This document shows, in pieces, positions 38,401 to 50,400 of a DNA stretch of 64,000 bases. Below the pieces are notes generated by a model that was not told the origin of the DNA, searched no databases, and saw nothing but the letters and a program-made list of their open reading frames with translations. Location: assembly GCA_037379345.1 (NCBI GenBank), contig CM074524.1:24920750-24984749 (forward strand), read 5' to 3'. Numbering within the stretch: the first letter of the stretch is position 1; each line of letters begins with the position of its first letter. The DNA comes from Perna viridis. Its lineage: Eukaryota. A program made the translations under genes and the position numbers.

Positions 38401-41400
38401 CTATATAAGCACTAAATGAACTAGAAACTAATAACAATCCCTAAGGTCTTCATCTTATACAGGTTTAACTGTAACTTAAAAGCAACATTTGCCATTTAAT
38501 TTCTAATGTTGACTTATTGCACTTGATTAAAAGTAATTTTCTTATATCAGAAAATACAGGAAGCTGTAACCTAGCAACTGATCACTGAGGGGGGTTATCA
38601 AAACAAAACTGTTCAATAGTCCTCTTAAAAATTCAGAAGTCTAAATAAATACAAAATTTTCTGTGAGTGGCATTGTAAAAGAACACTAATCATTTTTTTT
38701 TCTCCCTGTCTATGAATACAGAAAAAACAAAAACAAAAACAAGAACAACAGTGTTAAGCGGCTACAAGAAAGATTATGACATTTTCCCACAATTAGCTAA
38801 TACACGTTCAAGTAGTTACCATGATCTGGACATTCTGATAACTGATCTCTCTAATGGAACCTATGGTACCAACAACAAACATGTCTGCACTTAATACATT
38901 TAATTTTGTTTTAACTCTAAATACAGAATAACTATGCCCCCTTTTTTATATAATTAATTTAGAAACAGGAAAGAAAGAATGGTCTGTACAAACCAATCAA
39001 ACTACCTTCCAAATACCTGGAAATACAGAAAATTACAATTGGTAATAAATAGCCTATGGATCTGTTATATAATACTTTAGGAAAAACACTCGTGTGAATA
39101 TCAAACGTATTTTCCATACATTATTTGGTTTCAATAATGTGTTTTTTTTTAAATTATACTCTATGCCACATATGTCAACATGGCTTCATAGATGAGGATT
39201 ATGTTTTGTTTTATTTTATTAAATTGAAGTCTCATTTCTGTACAATTAAACATTATCTCAAAATATATCTTAAGTCAGCAATGTGATTGGCCAAAATTTG
39301 AGTTAAAATGGATTTCAGGAAACTTGAGGTGCTCTATTCCATCTTGAAGATATTTACGTGAGTTTTAGATAGCAGTATGTATGTCAAATTGACCTGAGTT
39401 TCAGAGAAACATAACTAGTCTGTAAAATCCCCATAGAAGGAGTTTGTCTTCAGTGAAGATTCCTGAAGCATCCATTTATAAATTAACAGGTAGGATTTTA
39501 TTCTTTTTCAATCATTTATTGAACCCTGAACAATTCAAATTACATTAGCCACTATCAGTATGCAGCTGCGTATCTGATCACTGCTGCCACGCAAAACCGA
39601 AACAAAATAATAGATATTTTCAGCATGATTTGTGTCTTGTTAATTGAACACATTTTTCACAAGTTTAGAATCAATAGGATTCATAGGACACTGCACCAAA
39701 CATTGTGATTTAATTAAAATCAGCTTAAAAAATGCAAAAGTAAACAACAAAATTTATTGTATCCATGGCACTTCAGTAGGTTATGGTTCCACCTGCATTG
39801 TTACAAAGGAACTTAATCAGACATTTAACAATTATCACATTATGTCTAAATTGTCATTTTTATCCACATTATTTCATCAAATGTTGAATTAATTTGCCAA
39901 TTTTGAGATTAGGGATAGGAAATTCCAATGAAATCTGGACTATTCTTTCCAGATATACCAGTAATCAAAGGAATTAAAGGCAAAATTTACATGGATTTGA
40001 TTGAATTTCTAAATTTAAAAATATAGAACAGATCAGCATCAATAATAAACACTTTAACTTTTACATGATGCCAGTTATATAAGCTTAATTAAAGGAATTC
40101 CAAATAACTTGAATAATTCAATTTAGATGAGTAGAAAGGAAGTTAGGATGTGTATTAAACATTGACTGACATGGATGGTATATATTTTAAACAATTCTTG
40201 CAAAGTTTATTAAATGGAATTTCACTAGATTTTGTATATTACCGTCAAATTCAGAATAATCAAATTTTAGATGAATACAGAGAGGAAGTAAATGTTATTC
40301 ATGAATTTTTCAAAAGAATTAATTCCAGAAATATTATCAACATAGACCTGATTAACTTCATAAACTTGTTAAATTCAAATTAAAATTGACTTTACATTCA
40401 ATAAACTTTGGTGTATTCAGCCATTAACTCTATGCCAAAGACAGCATGGTATAAAAATGATTGGTGTTAATGAAAATAAAAGTCAATTTATGAATTTCAA
40501 AAGGAATGCAACTGAAAATGATTGTTGATGATAGTAGCTGAAGAGTTTCTGCTATAGGCCAAGATATATAATTTGAAAAAAAAACATACTTTTCTATGCA
40601 GAAGTTTTGATTTTCTGACTTAGTGATAAAAGTTAATCTGTGTTTTGCCACAGATTTTATCCACACTGCTATAGAATTCTTTGAAAGTTTGAAATCATAA
40701 TACATAATAATTGCTGTTTTAATGAAAGGAATTTCTACTGACATCTCTTTATTCCAGCAAGAAAGCTAGTGGTTTTACTAACAGAATAACTCAAAAGACT
40801 CTGTATTGAAGTCTTATGGATTAATGAAAGCCTTTAATTACTGACTGAAAATGCACATACTTTATTTGCATGGGAGTATTTTAATGGAAAATCTTTCCCT
40901 AATTGATTCTTTATAGCTAAAACAGTTTATTGAGTTGGTGATTTGGCAGAAATTGGAAAATGTCTCAAAATGCAAATATGAAGTATATGACTGCATCTAA
41001 GACTGAGATAGTCTCTGCAACTGTTCTTATTACAATTCTTACAACTTTACTTGGATTAAATATCATTTTTTACTTAATTTGTAAATTTATAAAAAGACCG
41101 AGACGGAACTCCATTCCAGTTGATGTTAAGCAAGTAAAAAGAATTAAGGTGAAATCTGCATCACAAATATCGAAAGATTTTGAAAAGGAAGGATTAAAAA
41201 TGCTTATGCAGCAATTACAAAATTCACATTCAAGGAGAAATTCACTAGCTGATACAAAAGACCTTGTACCCTCTGAAGAAACAGAATTTGGATCAACAGT
41301 CCATCTTCCAAATACTGATGTTGTAATAAATGTTGAAAAGGAAAGTGATATACAAATTGAAAATAGTACTGCTGATGCAAAAAAGGAGACTGCTTCAAAT

Positions 41401-44400
41401 TCAAAGGAATTGAAGTGTTCAACTTCCAATAAAGGAAATAACTCTTCCAAAACTAACATATTTGGTAAGTTTGCCAGTTCACTGAAAACAAAAAATAACA
41501 AAGACCCTACAGCAAATAAACAACTCAAAAGAGTAAACAGCAAGAAGGTTATAAAAAATACAACTACTAAGAAGAAATACATGGATGATTTAAATTTAGA
41601 GGATTTTTCCGACAGTGACCATACCAAAAAGAAAAGCTCAAAAAGGCTAGTGAAAAGTCAGGGTGGGAAGAGTAAGAAAAAGACTTCATTAAGTATTCCA
41701 CAGAGAGAACAAAAGAAGACAGAAATAGATGATGGAAAATCTGAAACTATAAAACATGAAAGTTCTATTGAACAAAATAACCAATTAACAGAAATCAACC
41801 TGAACATTCAACCAGAGGAACTTCCTGTTGAACCAAAGGAACTTCCTGTTGAAAACAAAAAGGATGAACTTCTTCTGGTTAACATAGTGGACACTGCACA
41901 AGATAAAACCTCCCATGAAACCAAAATGGATGAGCATAGTAGTTACCATGACAACAAAAAGCAAAAAGAGCTTCCTATTGTCAATATAGAAGACACTACC
42001 CAAGATAGAAGTTTCAAAGGAAATGAACACCAAGACAAAGGTTTCCATGGTAACACACATATCAACAATGTTGTTGCAATAACACTGACCACAGAAGAAG
42101 GATTTCAGTCCAAACTAGAGCTTGGTAGTGAACTGGACTTAAAACACATAAAAGACCAAGTTAAGTCATGATTTTATCAAACTTTATGGTTCCTTTTGAT
42201 TTTTGGAATACTCAAAAGGGAAAAATTGAATGAAGTTAAAACTTGAATTTCCAGCAGGGATTCTCTAAACAGACTATACAGGAAAAAAATGAACTCTACA
42301 TTTGTAGTCACAAGAATTCAAACCAAACTGTTACATAAACCATTGACTGAACTTAAACATTTGCTGTGCTTAAAATTTCTTAATGAACATCAGAGGAACA
42401 ATGAGACAATTGGAAGTGAGACCATTGGACAGTAAGACCATTGGACAGTGAGACCAAGAGAAACATTTCTGTAAGGTTTGATAGACTAACATGAATAATT
42501 CAAGATAAACAGTGGAAACATATGTGTAAACTTGCTTTAAAAAATAAAACTGAAAATTGCATCAAGTGATTAATCAAATGCTGTTAGCAAAAGTTACAAC
42601 TGATGTCTGACTTCTCAAACAAATTTCATCTCAGAGCAATGAAGGGAACCATGATTCTAGCAGAAATCAAAAGAATATATTCCAAGGATAAAAAAACTGG
42701 ACATAATAAACAGACACATACAAAAAAGAACATGAAATAATCAAAATATCATGTTCAAAGAGATCAAAGTTAATGAGCAACACATACTCCAATAAAAACT
42801 GGGATCATGGACCACATGTGCACTGATTATAAAAAGAGTCTAAAAAAAACCCTGCTAAGATGCTCATAAAATGAAAGAAGAAATAAAATGTTTATTTCTT
42901 TCTGAAGAATTTGATAATCTTTGAAACGATGAATTATTTTTTACATTGAACAGGAAAGCCATCAGAGCAAAACATCGCAAAAGTCTGAGTTTTCATGTAC
43001 TTAAACATTTCTATATTATATAGGAAATATGAGCTTACTCATGCCTATACAGAGTCAACGCCTTAAAACAAAGTAAGAATTTGTACATACAGCCACTAGG
43101 CTTATTTCTTTCATTATTTTGATTGATTTCAAATAAACATTTGATTTCTTACACTATAAAAATCACATCATGCCACGAAGATAATTAAATTATCACGTCA
43201 ATACATAACGTAGTAGAAATTTTATTGACAGGTTCCCTGTTAAATTTGTCTTATTTCTAAATCCACGATGTTAAAAACAGTTTCTTTTAAAGTGAATGTT
43301 CTGTGTGATAGAGAAAAGGTTGTGAAGGAAAAAATCAAAGTACCAAAGTACTAAAATAAAGATCAAAATTTCAAGGCATAACATTCCTGCTAAAACTCAT
43401 GTAGAAAGTGATACAATAAAAACAAAGCAACAAATAAAAAGATCAAAATATCAAAGTAGAAAGTCAATACAGATCACATATTTAATACTACATAAACCTC
43501 ACCAAAGCATTTAAAGCAAACATATAGCAAAAGATTACGTTGGTATGGTTTAAATTGACCCTTTAATTGTCTCGTTTTGCTCTTGTGGTGGATTTCTTCA
43601 AAAACTATTACAGCTCTTCACAATTCAAAATCATATTATTCTTGTTACTTATTATAAATCATTCTAAGATTAATTTGACCTTAGAACCTCAACTTGTATT
43701 TGATCCTATTAAAGAGCACCGAATCAAATAAACATTCTAATAATTTTTCTTTAGGTTTTGAAATGTCAGTCCTTAAGTTCTCTATTTATCTCTGTTAAAG
43801 TGGTTTTAGTTCATGAAATCAACCCAATTTCAAATTTCTGAATTTAAATTTCATGTTTTATAAAATGAAAATTGAACCAATATTTTAATGTATTCCTTAG
43901 TAACAAGATACTAAACAGATTGTTGTTAATAATTGTTTTGTAATTTGATAATCAAAGAACTCATAATTTATTCATCAATTGCACAAAGAAAAGGAAAACC
44001 TATTTAAAATCAAATGGCTCAAATGGCCTTCATACATGTAAATTACATCATTAATCAGATACAAATCATTTACAGCAACATTTGTTAGATCATCTCCCTA
44101 GTCGCAATATTTTTCTACACAATGAACCTGTCTTAAGATAATCCTGCATTTACCAGAAACCTGCATAAACAAGACATAGTAAAAAGTCCTCACATATAGT
44201 TATATAAATTTTAATATGTTAAAACCAAACAAATACTTCAGTCCAAGAGGTTCCGTTTACACAGATTTTACTGTATGTAAAAAGTTGTATCTAGGGATGT
44301 GATGGTCTGACAATCTGTAATAACCAAATAGGTGTTTACTTAGAAGTATTTATTGAGCATGGTGATCAAAATGTTTTTTTCATCAATTAAATATTTTCCA

Positions 44401-47400
44401 TTTCCCTTTTCTACAATAAAGAACTTTATATCAGGTTAAATACACATTAGGCTGTGTTTGTAATTTATATATATTTTCTATCTATACAGAAATAACCTTA
44501 GTCATGTGATGAACATCAAAACAACTGTGAATCAGTAAAAGTATTACAAATAGACAGAAAAATTATTATAATCATTCCTTTTTTCCTTTTTGTTTAATTT
44601 CAGTATCAAAATTTTATGAGTAAATCATCCACAAAGGTTGATAAATTACTGTCTCATACCAAAACTATGTTTCTGGGATGACAAGACATTTTTTCATCCA
44701 ATCAGAAAAAATTTTACTTCTGAAATTTAATTGTAGGAAGTTCACTTAGGTCGTGTTCATTTTTCGTTTTTGTTGCCTTGAATCTATTTTTTATACCTAT
44801 AAAATGTTCATATCTAGAAACAGAATCTTAGTAATTAAACAGTTGATTATTACATTTTTACAATGGAGACAAGTACAGTTAAACTGAAGGACTCTCTAAG
44901 TAACTAAGATGACTGGTAAACAGGAAGTTGATCTGCAATCACATAAAAAATTACACACACAGTACAAATCATCTTACTAAACACTTATACAGGAAGTAGA
45001 AGTGCTACAGACCTGAAATTCAAGCCAAGGATATGGGACCCCATATAGAAGTTGCGTACCAAAAATCTAGCGAATGTGATTTATATTTACTGAGAAAAAA
45101 GTTATAAAATATTTCCCTGCCACCAACCCAACTGACATTCATCAATCTATAAGTCTATTTACATGAACACAACCCAGTCAAAGAATATTTCCTTATAGTG
45201 ATTGTAATGACTGACCAAATTTAAATGGACTGAGGTATAAACAGCTGTGTAAAACAGGATTCCTAGGATTTTATAAATTAAATACATAGTATGGTAAACT
45301 CAACAATGTACAAGATTATTGTACCCATGAACATTATTTGGTCTTTTACTAATAAAAAATATTTTATTTCAAATAACTAAAAGACATTCCTAACAGAGAA
45401 ATTTTCTATTCCTTCAAAATATATAACATTATAACACCAGTTTCATTTAGCTTTTTTTTCTGGGTTAACATTACTTTAGCTTCCATCCTCATAAAAAATT
45501 GCTACCTCTAATATGATGCTTTGAGGCTATATTTTAACATTTCACTAGATGCCCATGAAGGTTACAAAATAATATTGACTACATGTATGATGATGTCAAA
45601 CTGTCTACAAAATGTTTAAAATTGTTAATTTAATATCACTCCAGAACATGATTGTAGAGTATCGTGATCAGGAATATGGAACACGCAACACACCAAGTGT
45701 CATATTTTAACAGTGAATCCTGTCCAACCAAACTATCAATATATCCAAAAACCTGTTTAAAGCAGACATCACATGTAGTCCCTTTCTGTAAATAATGATT
45801 CATAGTAAACCTAGGTAAATCTTATACCTGCCTAATATGGACAAGACTGCATGTCTAGAAGGGGTTTTGATTGCACAGGTTTCACTGAACTTGGACACCA
45901 GTTATGTGCAATGGACAAATTTATTTTTTACCTCATATTTAATGATCTGTGGGAGAAAAACATGATCAAATGAGAGAGCATACAAAGGGAAACAACTCTA
46001 TATTCATCACTTACAATATTTTTTTTAATGTTACTAAAGTTAAAGGCCAAATTATTCATCAAAAGAATATTATTATTCTGTCATCAAGAACAAATTGACA
46101 CTCTATAGAAAGATCTAACTGGTAACATTTAATAAAGAAATTAAAAACTAACATAATTAAAATAAAAAAAAGAGAAATATTGTGTACATTCTGCCACCTA
46201 TGTCTTTCAATGTCTCACTGTAAGGGTCCAGACACAGATAGTCTTATACTTCAAAACTTTTAAGGCCTGTTAACTGGGTTAACCACATACAAACCAATGT
46301 CATCACTCCCTTAATTACATATTTATGTATTGAATGATTTCTTTTTCACCATACTGATACTGACGTATTCAAACATTTTCTGATAGTATATTTCAGTGAT
46401 AAGATACCATTCCAATCAGTAAAATTCCAGTTTGGAGGAGCAAGAGTCATGACAAAACTCAATAGACAAAAATGTCTAGTACTACCCAACATAAGACACA
46501 TGCACAGTAAAAGAAAAAGATCTACAAAATATTTACGGATTCCATTAATACTAATCTAAAGAATAATAATGTTAACAATGAATATAACATCAATCCTTTA
46601 AAACCCTTTCACCAGGGATGATTAACAACTGGGTAATGGAAACTTTCAAATTAGAAGTAAACGTACAGTAAAATGGAGAACTGTTAAAGAATGACTAGGA
46701 TTAGAAGCTAGAGGCTCTAAAGAGTCTTAATTGCTCACCTGGAGAATTTGAAAACAAATAATCATAAAATAAAAGAACAGCGTTCCAATGTCCCCCACTT
46801 AAAAAAAATGTGAAAAACTCTAAATTCACTGAAATATTCTAAGTCCAAGGGCTGTAACTTCTGTAAAAACCATTCAACCATATCTAACATCTAACTTAAT
46901 CTGTAACTTCTTATAGTAAGACTACAAACAAAAAATTAAATCAATTGGTAAAAGCATTACAAAAAAAATGAGGAAAACTGTAAATTCAATGAAATTTTCT
47001 AAGTCCAAGGGCCATAATCTCCATAAAATCATTCAACCATAACCAAAGTCGAACTTAATCTGTAACTCTTCATAATAAGGCTACAGACCAAAAACAAAGT
47101 TATTTGGTAAAAGCATTACAAAAAAAAGTGTGGAAAATGTGGATGGATGGACAGATGCCTGGTATTTCCATGTCCCCTCGCGACACATCGCCGGGACAAA
47201 AAGAATTATTATTTAAAGAGGTCTCTATACTTGTATCATACCTGCCACATACTAAGCCACACAATAAGAGGAGAACAATGAGATCATCAACCCTATCAAG
47301 TATCAAAACAGCAAAGATATGTATGTGCTGTCTTCTACCTAATTCTTATTGGGAGTCATCATTAAATTACCCTTCCAAACCTGTCCTGAGACAGTTTAAC

Positions 47401-50400
47401 CTTCCACATTAAATCAGTAATGTCATTGAAAGGTCTAAATATTATCATGAAAATAAAACAGACATATGTGATAAACTTCTGGCACAAATTTAGCCATAGA
47501 ATGTAAGATTACATACATACTGTAATGACTTGTTTTTCTTTTTGTTATGGTATTTAGAAATGGTCCAGATATAACTGTGTGATTTGAATGGTCCTGATGT
47601 ATCTGTGTGATTTGAATGGTCCAGATGTATCTGTGTTATTTGAATGGTCCTGATATATCTGTGTGATTTGACAATATCATATGAAAATACTTTTTATAAC
47701 AGTTTTGTTAACTGCTGCAACTGTGGCAGGACAAGTATTAAGATGACATAGTTTTCGACATTCTTCTTGTGAAAAACATGTGCTCAGAAAAATCAAGAGC
47801 TTAATTTTGAGAGATCTGCATTCTATGGAACTACAAATGTGATCTATTGTGTGTTTTCTATTCAATCAGAAAATGAAGAATTCAGCTTGCATTCTCATTA
47901 TGTAAAACAAATGCTCAGCTGAAAGAAAAACTCAGAATTAAATAAGAAAATTCTTCATTATTTGAAACTACAAATATGATACACAGTGAACAATTCAGAA
48001 ATGATGACTGACTACAACAAGCACAATGTATCATGTTAATAATGAATTCAAAGACATCCCAACATGAAGAATTCTCACTGCATTTTTGGTTCTAAAGGAT
48101 TAATACTCATATTATGGATCTTAATTTCATTCTGTGAATCAAAGTGCCCCGGTTCATGCACTCAATGTGACAAGAACAGTTTTGGTGACATTGTGAACGT
48201 AACATGTCGAAACAGTGGAGACTTTCAATTAATTCCTAGAAATATTCATAACATTGTATTCCAAAATGGCAAACTTCATTTGGGAATCCTTAAGGATTTC
48301 TATTTTCTAGGAATCCATGATCTCGAAAGTGTGAAAATATCGAACTACCAGTTAACAGAATTATGGGGTCCTATATTCTCAAACTGTTCTGAGCTAACAC
48401 GCATAGATTTCACCAACAACAAAATTCATTCAATTTCCAGCGAAAATTTCGAGGGACCCTCTGCTTTAGAAATCTTGCGGCTAGATAAAAATGAAATTAG
48501 CATTCTTCCTGATGATGTATTTAAAGATCTCGGCAGTCTGAAGGAGCTTTACTTAGCAGACAATCAAATCTCAGTATTGACTAAGTTAGCCTTGAATGGG
48601 CTAATAAATCTCCATAAACTTGACATATCTAGGAATGTGATTAATTCTGTTGAAGCAAACACTTTCAGCTCACTGTCAAATATCGAAGAAATTTATCTCA
48701 TAACCAATCAACTTACTTCTATTCATGAACATGTATATAATGGATTAGCAAGGCTAAGAGTACTTAAACTATCCCATAATTCAATAGTAAACATCTTATC
48801 TAATGCGTTAAGGGGTACCAGAATTACTGACTTGGATCTATCATGGAATAAATTGGCAAAAATACCAACTACTTTGCTAAAACAAATATCGGGAAAAGAA
48901 ACAAGTGTTAATTTACAACAGAATAACATTAGAGTTCTAACAGCATATAGTCTGGAAAATGTTACACTCAAATTTCTAAATCTAGCATTAAACAAAATGG
49001 CAAGAGTTGAAGGCAGAGCAACTGTAAACTGTAAGGTGAAGTACATAAATATGGCAGTTAATCTGTTAACATCCCTTCCAGCAACAATGGAGAACTACCT
49101 AAGTTCAAGAATTAATCCCGAGTTAGTTTTGTACAAAAATCCACTAATTTGTGACTGTAGTATAAGATGGTTAGGAGAGTTTCTATTAAGTCATCGCTGG
49201 CATAGGATTCCTGTATGTACTACACCTTTACAGTATGCTGGGAAGACCCTTTCTGACTATTACTTAAGTTCTAATGATAGTTGTGTCACGACAACAAAAT
49301 CAAGCATTACATCTGTATTCCCATATTCACATATCAATCTATCAAAGAAACCTACCTCAAGAAAACCAAACATCATAACACAAATACAAAGTTCAACAAA
49401 TCAAGTAAGGTCTATAACTGCAATATTTCCATCAACATCAGCATTAAAATTAACAAACAATACTCCCCTATCAACAGGCCTCCAAGGAAAGTCTTCAGTT
49501 AAACCTACTGAAAAACTGACAACATCTCTGACATTCAAACAACCAGTATATGTGTCAAAATCAATGAATGCTTCACCCACACTAAGTCCACAACCAAAGG
49601 TGTCAACATCCCATACAACCAGCACACGGTCAACAACAATGTCAACAACAAACAATGGACCAAAGCAAACCACAATGATTTCTGCAAACCAATCAACTAA
49701 AGCCACAATATTTCATTCTAACACCACAAAAAATACAACTAGCAACAAAAAACTGACAACACAGTATGTTAAAAACACTCCAATTCTTAAAACAACAAAA
49801 ACACCAAAAAAGAACAGTGCAACATACCAAACAAAACAATCAATATCAGTTACCATGCCAACTGCTTCATCAACAAATCTATCAACAAAACAACTGAAGA
49901 TAACTTTACCTGGTCATTCATCATATCGATCTCTAAATTCTAGTAGCACATTCACCAACAAAGAAACAAGCATTACAACATTCCTATCAAAAATACAACT
50001 TCTAAGTACATCTACTAGAAGTCAAAATAGCATACACAAAACCATAAAGACTAAAACAAAAGGCCCTCTTACCACTTCAACAAAAGTTAATAATATCACA
50101 TTATCCCCTAATACTGAGCCTCAAGCATTACCTACTGCAGCCCCTCGATCTGATCGACAACTAAATCCCACAGCAGCACCACATACAGACATCTATGGGA
50201 ATATAATACCTCCTACCAGAAACCATTTATCCTCAAAACTAACTGAGAGCACATTGTTGCCTCTGACTGGATCTACTAGTCATGCCAAAACCCTCAAAAC
50301 AACTCATAATTCCAAAAACATCACAATCCCTGCAACCTCCATCATAAATTTCCAGAATTTAACAACAGGCAACATCTCAGATTCAACCCAAACCTCACAG

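Noticed and set aside
40162-40383. 73-codon ORF upstream of gene B
   Set aside because: Short, AT-rich, no recognisable motif, ends in its own stop; cannot be supported without expression data
33990-49706. Minus-strand ORFs opposite the nested genes (e.g. 33990-34529, 41070-41627, 48723-49046, 49401-49706)
   Set aside because: Antisense shadows of real coding sequence; no kinesin similarity, and the KIF13 exon chain is complete without them
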